Positions 25,003 to 33,930 of a stretch of 64,000 nt of DNA are shown piece by piece. The notes under the pieces were generated by a model. It was given only the letters and a program-made list of their open reading frames with translations. It made no database searches and was not told the origin of the DNA. A program made the translations under genes and the position numbers. Position 1 is the first letter of the stretch; each line of letters begins with the position of its first letter. This DNA is from an uncultured Lachnospiraceae bacterium (GTDB lineage Bacteria > Bacillota > Clostridia > Lachnospirales > Lachnospiraceae), in assembly GCA_963557065.1 (NCBI GenBank), contig CAUWCT010000043.1, forward strand, positions 4,197 through 68,196, given 5' to 3'.

Positions 25003-26745
25003 ATGGCTTTTGACGGAATTACAGTTGCCAATCTGACCCATGATTTAAAACAGGCCATTGAGGGAGGACGCATTGCCAAAATCGCCCAGCCGGAAAAAGA
25101 CGAATTATTGTTCCAGATCAAAAAAGACGGCTCTTCTGTCCGGCTTTTAGTCTCGGCCAGCGCCAGCCTTCCTTTGGTCTATATCACCGATACCAACAAG
25201 CCCAGTCCTATGACTGCCCCTAATTTTTGTATGCTTTTGCGAAAGCATATCGGAAGTGCAAGAATCATTTCTGTATCCCAGCCTGGCCTGGAACGGATTA
25301 TAGAGCTGATCCTGGAGCATCTGGATGAAATGGGGGATGTGTGCAGAAAGCGCCTGATAATTGAAATTATGGGAAAACACAGCAACATCATTTTCTGCAA
25401 AGAAGACGGCACGATTTTAGACAGTATTAAACACGTTTCCGCCCAGGTAAGTTCGGTCAGGGAAGTGCTTCCGGGACGGATGTATTTTATTCCCCATACA
25501 ATGGAAAAATCCGATCCCTTTACTGTATCGTCAGAAGAATTTGCCGGGCAGATGTCTCATGCGCCCATGGCGATACAAAAGGCCCTGTATAACCGCCTGA
25601 CCGGAATCAGCCCCATTATCGCGGAAGAACTGTGCCATCTTGCTTCTATTAATCCGGACAAGGCAGCCGGGGATCTGACCGAAGATGAAACCGTCCACTT
25701 ATACCGGACCCTTGTCCTGATGATGGAAGACGTAACAGAGGGAAACTTCTTTCCCAATATTATTTATGACGGCGACGTCCCCACAGAGTTTGCCTCCCTG
25801 CCCCTGACCTGCTTTGACAGCGAGCGGTTTTCCAGCCGGAAATTCGATTCAATCAGCCAGGTTCTTAAGACTTACTATTCTTCCAGAGAGACCATTACCA
25901 GAATCCGGCAGAAATCCTCTGATCTGCGGCGGATTGTCCAGACCGCCTTAGAGCGGAATTATAAAAAATACGATTTACAGCTAAAACAGCTAAAAGATAC
26001 GGAAAAACGGGAAAAATACCGGATTTACGGAGAACTTTTAAACACCTACGGCTATGAACTTTCCGGCGGGGAAAAGGAATTTACGTGCATCAATTATTAC
26101 ACCAATGAAAAAGTGCGGATTCCGCTGGACCCCCAACTGTCCGCCAGAGAAAATGCCCAGAAACATTTTGATAAATACAATAAGTTAAAGAGGACGTTTG
26201 AAGCCCTAAACGACCTGACAAAAGAAACAAAGGAAGAAATCGACCATCTGGAATCCATCAGCGCCGCGTTAGACATTGCGTTAGAGGAAAATGACCTGGT
26301 ACAGATCAAAGAAGAATTAATGGAATACGGCTATATCAAAAAGCGCAGGGCCGGAGAAAAACGCCCCAAAATCACCAGCCGTCCCTTCCACTATTTATCC
26401 AGCGACGGGTTCCATATCTATGTAGGCAAGAACAACTATCAGAATGAAGAACTGACCTTTAAACTGGCAAACGGAGGCGACTGGTGGTTCCACGCAAAAG
26501 GGATTCCCGGCTCTCATGTAATTGTAAAAACAGAAGGCAAAGAACTGCCCGATCGGGTATTTGAAGAAGCCGGGGCCCTGGCAGCCTGGTATTCCAAGGG
26601 CAGAGACAATGACAAGGTAGAAATCGACTATATCCAGCGAAAAAACGTCCGAAAGGCCGCAGGCGGCGCGCCTGGATTTGTGATCTACCACACCAATTAT
26701 TCTCTGGTGGCAGTGCCGTCCTGCAGCTTTAAGGAACTGTTGTAA
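25003..26745 (+). CDS. rqcH: RqcH / FbpA-type NFACT-family ribosome quality-control protein
   Basis: MAFDGITVANLTHDLK... (NFACT-N), a coiled-coil middle region, and C-terminal GGDWWFHAKGIPGSHVIV (NFACT-R). AAAGGAG lies 7 nt before the ATG at 25003. Confidence 0.88.
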   Translation: MAFDGITVANLTHDLKQAIEGGRIAKIAQPEKDELLFQIKKDGSSVRLLVSASASLPLVYITDTNKPSPMTAPNFCMLLRKHIGSARIISVSQPGLERIIELILEHLDEMGDVCRKRLIIEIMGKHSNIIFCKEDGTILDSIKHVSAQVSSVREVLPGRMYFIPHTMEKSDPFTVSSEEFAGQMSHAPMAIQKALYNRLTGISPIIAEELCHLASINPDKAAGDLTEDETVHLYRTLVLMMEDVTEGNFFPNIIYDGDVPTEFASLPLTCFDSERFSSRKFDSISQVLKTYYSSRETITRIRQKSSDLRRIVQTALERNYKKYDLQLKQLKDTEKREKYRIYGELLNTYGYELSGGEKEFTCINYYTNEKVRIPLDPQLSARENAQKHFDKYNKLKRTFEALNDLTKETKEEIDHLESISAALDIALEENDLVQIKEELMEYGYIKKRRAGEKRPKITSRPFHYLSSDGFHIYVGKNNYQNEELTFKLANGGDWWFHAKGIPGSHVIVKTEGKELPDRVFEEAGALAAWYSKGRDNDKVEIDYIQRKNVRKAAGGAPGFVIYHTNYSLVAVPSCSFKELL

Positions 26746-26846
26746 ACCAGCCGTCTGCCCCCATGTCTTCCTGTACACTGTAAGCGCGCAGGAAGCGTCG
26801 GGCATCCGGCCTGTGATTTAGTGAGAAAAACGATTCTTGTTATTTC
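26742..26846. repeat. Diverged partial relative of the MITE family at the convergent rqcH/GDPD gene ends
   Basis: CAGGAAGCGTCGGGCATCCGGCCTGTGA matches CAAGAAGCGTCTGGCATCCGCCCTATGA of copy C at about 24/28 positions. It has a P3-like hairpin CTTCCTG-N15-CAGGAAG and a GTAA-type start that coincides with the rqcH TAA stop. Confidence 0.45.
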
Positions 26847-27565
26847 TGACTTTCCAGCCATGCTTTTACTACATCCGGATAATTGGTAATGGCTCCTGCG
26901 CAGTCCCAGTCGTACAGCTTTTCCAGAACTCCCATATCATTGATGGTCCATGCGTTGATTCCGACTCCATGTTTTTTGCAGCTTTTAAGCACATCTTCTG
27001 TCAGTTTTGATCCGTTTGGATGGTAAAACTCAAATCCGTATTTCTTACAGCAGTATCCTGCATTGCCCAAGGAAGCATCTACCAGAAATCCACATGGTAT
27101 CCGGGGAGCAATCTTTTTGGCTTCCATAAGGGATAACGGATTAAATGATGAAAACATAACCTTCCCTTCCAGGCCATATTTTCGGATGATGGCAATGGTT
27201 TTTTCCTCCAGTCCCTCATAAAAGAAAACACCGGTTTTCAGTTCAATGTTCGTGGTCACCGTCTGTGCAGCCGCCCATCTGCAGTATTCTTCAAACGTAG
27301 GAATGTTCACAAACCCATACTGTTCTCCAAACACTGAGCCGGCATGGAATTTCTGAAGTTCCTCACAAGTATAGTCCCTTACCAGACCAACGCCGTCTGT
27401 GACCCGATCAATGGTTTCATCATGGATTACAACAACTGTGCCGTCTTTTGTCAGCTGAACATCCAATTCAATCTCATCACATCCGGCTTCTGCTGCCTTT
27501 TCAAACGCCAGCATGGTATTTTCCGGATATTTTCCACTGTATCCCCTGTGCGCAATTACTTTCAT
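26840..27565 (-). CDS. Glycerophosphodiester phosphodiesterase (GDPD family)
   Basis: MKVIAHRGYSGKYPENT, ELDVQLTKDG and VIHDETIDR. AGGAG precedes the ATG at 27565. Confidence 0.88.
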   Translation of the reverse strand: MKVIAHRGYSGKYPENTMLAFEKAAEAGCDEIELDVQLTKDGTVVVIHDETIDRVTDGVGLVRDYTCEELQKFHAGSVFGEQYGFVNIPTFEEYCRWAAAQTVTTNIELKTGVFFYEGLEEKTIAIIRKYGLEGKVMFSSFNPLSLMEAKKIAPRIPCGFLVDASLGNAGYCCKKYGFEFYHPNGSKLTEDVLKSCKKHGVGINAWTINDMGVLEKLYDWDCAGAITNYPDVVKAWLESQK

Positions 27566-27596
27566 CAAAAACATTCTCCTTTTCTGGTGTGCGGTC

Positions 27597-29321
27597 TCAC
27601 CCACATAAATTCTGAACATCCTTAATCTGTTCCGGATCAAATTTGTATTGGTGATCACTGGTCAAAAGGCCATTTTTCTCCTGTTCTACATCTACAAGCT
27701 GAGTGTAGCAGTATCCGCAGATCTGCTCCGCCTCACTGACTGCCTCCATAATCCGGCGAAGTTCCTCTAAAAACTCCGAATTTTTTACAGATGTATATCC
27801 CCATCCCTCCATGCTCTCTTCTGCAATGGATATTCCTCCAAACTCAGTCAGCATAACCGGCTGTCCCTCGTAAGAAGTTTGCCCTGCAAACAGCGGTCTC
27901 TCTACGATTTTTCCCAATGTATCTACTGATTTTAAGGATTCTTTAAAACGCTCCTGCTGCCGTTTGTCTTCCGTTTTTCCATGCTGGTAGGAATGAAATG
28001 CACAGATATCTGTATCTGTCATCTCCCATCCGTCATTAGAAATCACCAGTCTGGTATCATCCAGACTGTGGGCCAGGTAATACAACGATTTTGCAAAAGA
28101 CTGCTGAGTTCTGCTTGTTCCGATCTGCGGAACGCCCCAGCTTTCATTTAACATCCCCCAGACTAAAACAGAGGGATGATTATAATCTCTGCGGATTAAT
28201 TCTGCCCATTCTTTTGCAAAGGCCGCTGCCCCTTCTGGCGTATAGACCCAGAAACTGGCCATTGCCTCCCAGACAATAAATCCCAGTTTATCTGCCCAGT
28301 AAAGGAATCTGGGATCTTCTGCTTTCTCATGTTTTCTGCAGCCATTAAATCCCATGGCCTTGGCTTTTTTTATATCCTCTATGTAGGACTGATCATCGGG
28401 AGCCGTAATGAGACTGTCCTTCCAATACCCCTGATCCAAAACCAGTTTCTGATAATAAGGCTTATGGTTTAAATAGATCCGGCCATTTTTCACCTCCACC
28501 TTTCTCATGCCGAAATAGGTCACAACCTGATCGGTTCCATCATTTTCCTCTCCTGCTGTCAGCACTGCCTCATACAGATTGGGAGTTTCCGGAGACCAGT
28601 ATGCGCCGGTAAAATGAAAGGAACCATTGAGCGCCTTTTTCTGAAACACATCTACTATTATAGTCTGCCGGTACTCTTTTGCAACCATTCTGCCGCAAAA
28701 AATCAAATCATTTTGAAACGAAATGGCAATCTCCACTGTACATGGGAGCACACTCTGCAAAGACAGTTCATAATCAATCCGCACTGTTCCTTCATCAATG
28801 TCCGGGGTAAAGCGGATCTGCTCAAAATGTGTTTCTTCCACCGGTTCCATCCATACCGTCTGCCAGATACCGGTACTGGGCGTATACCAGATAAACCGGG
28901 ATTCTTCCTCCCAGAACTGTTTGCCTCTGGCAATGCTTTCATCCTTTAAAGGGTCCCACACCTCTACCCGGATTACCTCTTCTTCCCAGGTAAGGCTGTC
29001 TGTAATATCGAAAGAAAAGGGAGTCTGCCCGCCCTCATGGCATCCGGCCATCCGGCCGTTTACCCATACCCTGCAGCGGTAATCCACTGCTCCAAAATTT
29101 AAACGTATGCGTCTTTTTTTCCAGTCCTCCGGCACCTGAATGCGGCGTTCATAGGTCACTCTGTCCTGTGTGATTTTCTCGCCGATTCCGCTCATTGCGC
29201 TCTGGCACACATAGGGTACCTGGATCTCATACTGCTTATCTCCAATATAAAAATCCCAGGTTCCGTTTAAATTCAACCATTCCTTCCGAACAAAATCCGG
29301 ACGGGGATACTCATTTCTCAT
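27597..29321 (-). CDS. Glycoside hydrolase family 2 enzyme; substrate unresolved
   Basis: VLVWGMLNESWG (acid/base Glu region) and VMLTEFGG (nucleophile Glu region) align with E. coli GUS VVMWSIANEP and IIITEYG. ATG at 29321 (the track start is TTG). Confidence 0.8.
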   Translation of the reverse strand: MRNEYPRPDFVRKEWLNLNGTWDFYIGDKQYEIQVPYVCQSAMSGIGEKITQDRVTYERRIQVPEDWKKRRIRLNFGAVDYRCRVWVNGRMAGCHEGGQTPFSFDITDSLTWEEEVIRVEVWDPLKDESIARGKQFWEEESRFIWYTPSTGIWQTVWMEPVEETHFEQIRFTPDIDEGTVRIDYELSLQSVLPCTVEIAISFQNDLIFCGRMVAKEYRQTIIVDVFQKKALNGSFHFTGAYWSPETPNLYEAVLTAGEENDGTDQVVTYFGMRKVEVKNGRIYLNHKPYYQKLVLDQGYWKDSLITAPDDQSYIEDIKKAKAMGFNGCRKHEKAEDPRFLYWADKLGFIVWEAMASFWVYTPEGAAAFAKEWAELIRRDYNHPSVLVWGMLNESWGVPQIGTSRTQQSFAKSLYYLAHSLDDTRLVISNDGWEMTDTDICAFHSYQHGKTEDKRQQERFKESLKSVDTLGKIVERPLFAGQTSYEGQPVMLTEFGGISIAEESMEGWGYTSVKNSEFLEELRRIMEAVSEAEQICGYCYTQLVDVEQEKNGLLTSDHQYKFDPEQIKDVQNLCG

Positions 29322-29342
29322 AACGTTTCCTTTCCGCAAATA

Positions 29343-30176
29343 CTACTTGATTCCAGACTGTGTAAAGCCTTTTACTACATACTTATTTGCAAACATGAAA
29401 ATAATCATCACCGGGACTACGGATACCACTGTTGATGCCATCATAAGACCTGGATTTGTATAATTTTCTCCTAATACCAAAGACGCGATTCCCAGTGTAA
29501 CCGTCCGGTTTTCCTGACGGTTAATCACCAGAGACGGCCATAAATAACTGTTATATAGTCCTAAAAATGTGATAAACGCCTGGGTAATCACTACCGGCTT
29601 TACAGACGGAAGCACAATATGCCATAAAATCTGAAATACTCCGGCCCCTTCCACCAGTCCGGCCTCTTCCAGTTCTTTTGGAAATGACAGCAGAAAGTTG
29701 TAAATCAGATAAATGCACATCACTCCGGAGCCGGAGGGCAGAATCAAAGGAAGCAGCGAATTTAACATTCCAATCTGTTTAAAAATGTAAAACAAGGGAA
29801 AGAAGGTTACAATCTCCGGGATTGCCATGGCCCAGACCAGACCGGCTACAATAAACCGTTTTCCCGGGACCGGCAGTCTTGCCAGCGCATAAGCCGCCAG
29901 CACACTGGTAGTAATCCGAAGCAGCGTACCACTTACGGTTACAATCGCCGTATTAAACAGCCATTTAAAAATCGGCGCTGTTGATGTGCTGGCAAACAGT
30001 TCCCTGTAATTTTCCAGAGTCCAGGTCTTTGGAAGCAGCGTAGAAGACGTCATGGATTCCGCCAGCCCTTTAAAGCTGGTAAAGAGCATAAACAAAAGGG
30101 GAAGCAAAAAAGCATAGGCCAAAACACAGGCGCACATAACCAGAAGAATCCGGCTGAATTGTTTCTTTTTCATCAC
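29343..30176 (-). CDS. Carbohydrate ABC transporter permease (MalG-like)
   Basis: 6-TM profile with an EAA-type loop (ELEEAGLVEGAGVFQILWHIVLP). Confidence 0.88.
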   Translation of the reverse strand: MMKKKQFSRILLVMCACVLAYAFLLPLLFMLFTSFKGLAESMTSSTLLPKTWTLENYRELFASTSTAPIFKWLFNTAIVTVSGTLLRITTSVLAAYALARLPVPGKRFIVAGLVWAMAIPEIVTFFPLFYIFKQIGMLNSLLPLILPSGSGVMCIYLIYNFLLSFPKELEEAGLVEGAGVFQILWHIVLPSVKPVVITQAFITFLGLYNSYLWPSLVINRQENRTVTLGIASLVLGENYTNPGLMMASTVVSVVPVMIIFMFANKYVVKGFTQSGIK

Positions 30177-30186
30177 AAATCCCCTC

Positions 30187-31083
30187 CTATTTCAGATTTT
30201 CTTTTTCTCTGGTCAGATAATACTGTCCTATGGAACAGAGAATAATAACGATTCCCATCAATATGGTCATAGCGCTCCCCACTCCCAGATCGTTCCGATC
30301 CATAATCGTAGATGTAATCATCATAATTAATGGTTTGGTAGTTTCTCCGGGGCCGCCTTTTGTCATCAGCCTTGTCTGCCCATAGACGTTAAATGAAGCA
30401 ATGATAGTGGTCATCAGCACAAAATAGAAGATATTTTTAATGTTGGGCAGGATAATGTATCGAAGCTGTACAAAAAATCCGGCTCCATCCATGGAGGACG
30501 CCTCATATAGATTTGCATCAATATCATTTAACGCATTGACAAACAGCATCATGTTATACCCGATGGTCCACCAGACGGTTGCTGCTGTCAAAGAAACCCA
30601 CACAACGGGCTGCTGCTCCAGCCAGGGGACCGGCTTATCAATCAGCCCTATATTCATCATCAGATTATTAAGGTATCCGCCGTTTCCCTTCATCAGCCAT
30701 ACAAACACAGCGGCCACAGCGGTTACGGAAACCGAATATGAGGCAAAATAAATCGTTCTGAAAATCCCTTTTAACCGCTCCGGAAGGCGATCCAAAAGCA
30801 AGGCCAGCGCCAGACTTCCAAACACCAGAAACGGAGTGGTACACACTACAAAAATAATGGTATTTTTCAGCCCCAAAAAGAAGGACTTGTGGTACATAGA
30901 AGAAGAAAACAGAATTTTTATATAATTTCCCAATCCCACAAATCCCTGATTTCCCCGAATCAGACTATATTTGGAAAAACTCATATAAATCCCGAATCCA
31001 AAAGGAATCAGCCAGAACAGCAGAAAAAATACCAGAAATGGGAATATAAACAAAACTGCAGTTGCTTTTTTCTTTTTCATCAT
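30187..31083 (-). CDS. Carbohydrate ABC transporter permease (MalF-like)
   Basis: EAA loop LYEASSMDGAGFFVQLRYIILP. AAGGAG precedes the ATGATG at 31083/31080. The listed 331-aa ORF starts inside MITE copy B. Confidence 0.85.
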   Translation of the reverse strand: MMKKKKATAVLFIFPFLVFFLLFWLIPFGFGIYMSFSKYSLIRGNQGFVGLGNYIKILFSSSMYHKSFFLGLKNTIIFVVCTTPFLVFGSLALALLLDRLPERLKGIFRTIYFASYSVSVTAVAAVFVWLMKGNGGYLNNLMMNIGLIDKPVPWLEQQPVVWVSLTAATVWWTIGYNMMLFVNALNDIDANLYEASSMDGAGFFVQLRYIILPNIKNIFYFVLMTTIIASFNVYGQTRLMTKGGPGETTKPLIMMITSTIMDRNDLGVGSAMTILMGIVIILCSIGQYYLTREKENLK

Positions 31084-31166
31084 AGCTCCTTTCTGCTGAC
31101 AGTGCACCAGACAGTTTCCCGGATTGTTTGCAGTTTGGGAATAAACATCCCAAACTGCGAAAACAC

Positions 31167-31317
31167 GTAACAGTTCAGCCATGCGAAGATTCAGGCAGAA
31201 AAAAGCGTTGAAAGCTTGTTTTCATAAGAGTTTTTCTGCCTGAATCTTTATAGGGCGGACGCCAGACGCTTCTTGTCCGCCGCACGCGGGCAAGAAGATG
31301 CATGGCTGAACTGTTAC
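31167..31317 (+). mobile_element. 151-bp MITE, copy B, inserted between the SBP and permease genes of the ABC operon
   Basis: Perfect 18-bp TIRs. Flanking 8-mers are GAAAACAC (31159-31166) and GAAAATAC (31318-31325). The right flank abuts the SBP stop codon at 31326. Confidence 0.9.
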
Positions 31318-31325
31318 GAAAATAC

Positions 31326-32672
31326 TTAATACTCTGAAAGTTCGATTGCGATCTCGGTGGCATTTTTCAGTTCTTCCATTAATGCTTCCCTGCTTAAATC
31401 TTCCGTCTGAACAACCATGGACCACACATTGGTATTTACATACTTAACCTGCTCCCGAATGTTGTAAATAGCCGGAAGGATCTGGGCGTCATCAAAAATA
31501 CCATAATTTACATTGGCAACCGGATATTTGTCAGGAGACTGCTTTACCAGCTCCATTGTCTCCAAATGAATCGGCGCCTGACCAGAGTCAGCCCAGTTTA
31601 GCATGATTTCCGGCTGATAGGCGAATTTCATAAACTCTGCAATACCTGCCAGTTTCTTTTCATCTGTTACCTTTGCAGATACCGCAAAGGTATGTCCGCC
31701 AGCCGGGACACAAGGGGTATCGCCGTAGAGCTGAGGAAGAGTTCCGATTCCCAGATTTTCTCCCAGTACTTCCTTTGCAGCCGTATAATTCCATGGCCCG
31801 GTCAATGCGCAGGCAGAGCTTACATTGGTACTGCCGTCAGATTCTTTAATAAAGGTATTGAAATGGTCATTGTCCCCCAGACCAGGCGCGCTTAAATGAT
31901 CCTTGTAAATCAAATCGTGAATCTTCATAAACGCATCGCAGATTTCTTCCGTATCCATCTTAATATGCCCGTCTTCCACCCAGGTGCATCCCGACTGTCC
32001 GAGGGCTGTCATCCAGGCCCACTGATGGTCTCCTGTCAACGGAATTGCCATCGGGTATATGCCGGAATTTTCAGAATCCAGCTGATCCCGCAGCGCCGCC
32101 ATATCCTCGTACGTTTTCGGAGGTTCTGTCACATACTCTTTATTGTAATAGAAGGTCTCTGCATACAAATCCAGGGGGAAAGCAAAAATTCCATCCTCAT
32201 ACTTTGCATAGGTCTGGGTAATGGGATGAAAATCCTCCTCAAAGGAAAGACCAGCCATCTCATATAAATCTGATACTTCCCGCAAAAGCCCGTCTGCGTG
32301 ATAAGTGGAAATCCAATCTGCATGAATAATCAGCATATCAAAGTCATCGGATTTAAATTTTGTGTAATGATCTGCATCCTGAAGCTGTTCGATGTAATAC
32401 TGATCCTGAGACTGGTTAAAAGCATCTACAATTTTTGTCATAAACGGGCCGTCACCGCCGGTAAAACCATTAATAAATGTAATTGTAGTCCTGTCTTCTG
32501 CATTTGCCTCCTGGCCGCCCTCTTTGCTTTCTTCACCCGCCCCGGCTGCCGCAGTCTTTGCCGGCTCATCTGTCCCGGCAGCGGTTTCTGTATTTCCCCC
32601 TCCGCATCCTGCCAGAGAAACTGCCATTACGCCAGCCATAACCAATGAGATTGCTGTTTTCTTTCTTTTCAT
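31326..32672 (-). CDS. ABC transporter extracellular solute-binding lipoprotein (family 1, sugar type)
   Basis: Lipobox SLAGCGGG followed by a low-complexity linker. AAGGAG precedes the ATG at 32672. Confidence 0.85.
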   Translation of the reverse strand: MKRKKTAISLVMAGVMAVSLAGCGGGNTETAAGTDEPAKTAAAGAGEESKEGGQEANAEDRTTITFINGFTGGDGPFMTKIVDAFNQSQDQYYIEQLQDADHYTKFKSDDFDMLIIHADWISTYHADGLLREVSDLYEMAGLSFEEDFHPITQTYAKYEDGIFAFPLDLYAETFYYNKEYVTEPPKTYEDMAALRDQLDSENSGIYPMAIPLTGDHQWAWMTALGQSGCTWVEDGHIKMDTEEICDAFMKIHDLIYKDHLSAPGLGDNDHFNTFIKESDGSTNVSSACALTGPWNYTAAKEVLGENLGIGTLPQLYGDTPCVPAGGHTFAVSAKVTDEKKLAGIAEFMKFAYQPEIMLNWADSGQAPIHLETMELVKQSPDKYPVANVNYGIFDDAQILPAIYNIREQVKYVNTNVWSMVVQTEDLSREALMEELKNATEIAIELSEY

Positions 32673-32765
32673 AACCTCTTCTCCTTTTCTTCTTGAATTT
32701 GCAGCGCCCGTTCATTATAATATTTCTGTAATAACCATTGCTGCAAATACCTTCGCGGAACTTTA

Positions 32766-32901
32766 TTACATAAATTACAATAGCATATTTTCACATTTTA
32801 GGCAATATCATTTCTATTTTCACCTGTATATTTGTGATAATTACATAGTTTTTCGCTGATATTCTTGTGTATATTGATATTTTATTTTATAATTTATGTA
32901 A
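32766..32901. promoter_or_regulatory. Divergent promoter region with an exact inverted 12-mer pair, TTACATAAATTA / TAATTTATGTAA, and a third TAATTACAT box
   Basis: 12-mers at 32766-32777 and 32890-32901 (112 nt between them). A related box lies at 32838-46. The region is AT-rich and sits between the SBP operon and the ArsR-like regulator. Confidence 0.4.
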
Positions 32902-32958
32902 TTAATGTTCGTTTTTTATTACAGCAATCAAAAAATAATGTAGAAAAGGAGACTCCCT

Positions 32959-33930
32959 ATGTCTGGAAAAACAAAAACCCCTGTCAAGATTATCGGAGAA
33001 CGGGACATTGAACTCCATCTGGGAAATACAGAACACCACCAGAGAATCGCTCAAATCGGGAAAGCATTATCCTCCCCTATCCGGCTGAACATTTTAAATA
33101 TTTTAAAAAATACCGCCCTTTCCCTTCAGGAAATCGCGGCAATCTTAAAAATCCCTGTATCCTCTACTGCTCTTCACATCAAGATTCTGGAAGAAGCAAA
33201 ACTCATTGTCACAGAAACGCAGCCCGGAATCCATGGATCTATGCGGGTCTGCATTTCCAGCATGCAGTCTTTCCATCTGGAAACCTTTGACGCAGACACT
33301 GACCTGGCAGACAATACGGTATCTTTGGATATGCCTATTGGAAATTATTTTCAGTTTGACATTGAGCCTACCTGTGGCCTTGCCGATGAAAATGGTGTTT
33401 TAGATGTATATGACAATGTCCGTTCCTTTTATTCTCCTGCACACACCAAAGCCCAGCTTCTATGGTTCCAGCAGGGGTTTATTGAATACCGGTTCCCCAA
33501 TCTGGCAAATCCTCTCTTAAATCTTCATGAACTGGCTTTTGCCATGGAAATCTGCTCCGAAGCGCCGGGATTTTTGGAAAACTGGCCATCTGACATTACA
33601 GTATCCATCAACGGCCATCCTGTGGCAACTTATTGTTCTCCTGGGGATTTCGGTGCCCGCAGAGGACGGCTTACTCCTTCTTCCTGGCCCAACGGCAGAA
33701 CCCAGTACGGACTTTTAAAAACCTTTTCCGTCCGGGAAAACGGCGGCTATCTGGACGGAAAACTGGTAAACCAGACCTTAACCTTAGCCCGGTTAAATCT
33801 TTCTGAACTTCCTTATATCTCTCTGAAAATCGAGATCAAAAAAGATGCCCGCCATATCGGGGGCATCAATCTGTTTGGGGAAAAGTACGGAGACTTCCCC
33901 CAGGGGATTGTGATGAGTCTAATCTATTAG
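32959..33930 (+). CDS. ArsR-type winged-helix regulator fused to a C-terminal domain of roughly 220 aa and unknown function
   Basis: ArsR HTH segment SSPIRLNILNILKNTALSLQEIAAILKIPVSSTALHIKILEEAKLI. I recognise no motif in the rest. AAGGAG precedes the ATG. Confidence 0.75.
   Translation: MSGKTKTPVKIIGERDIELHLGNTEHHQRIAQIGKALSSPIRLNILNILKNTALSLQEIAAILKIPVSSTALHIKILEEAKLIVTETQPGIHGSMRVCISSMQSFHLETFDADTDLADNTVSLDMPIGNYFQFDIEPTCGLADENGVLDVYDNVRSFYSPAHTKAQLLWFQQGFIEYRFPNLANPLLNLHELAFAMEICSEAPGFLENWPSDITVSINGHPVATYCSPGDFGARRGRLTPSSWPNGRTQYGLLKTFSVRENGGYLDGKLVNQTLTLARLNLSELPYISLKIEIKKDARHIGGINLFGEKYGDFPQGIVMSLIY

Noticed and set aside
14236-31317. Could the repeated 151-bp units be a CRISPR array or another tandem repeat system?
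   Set aside because: The copies are 8-9 kb apart and separated by housekeeping genes. One is inverted, each has its own TSD, and no cas genes are present. They are dispersed mobile repeats, not an array.
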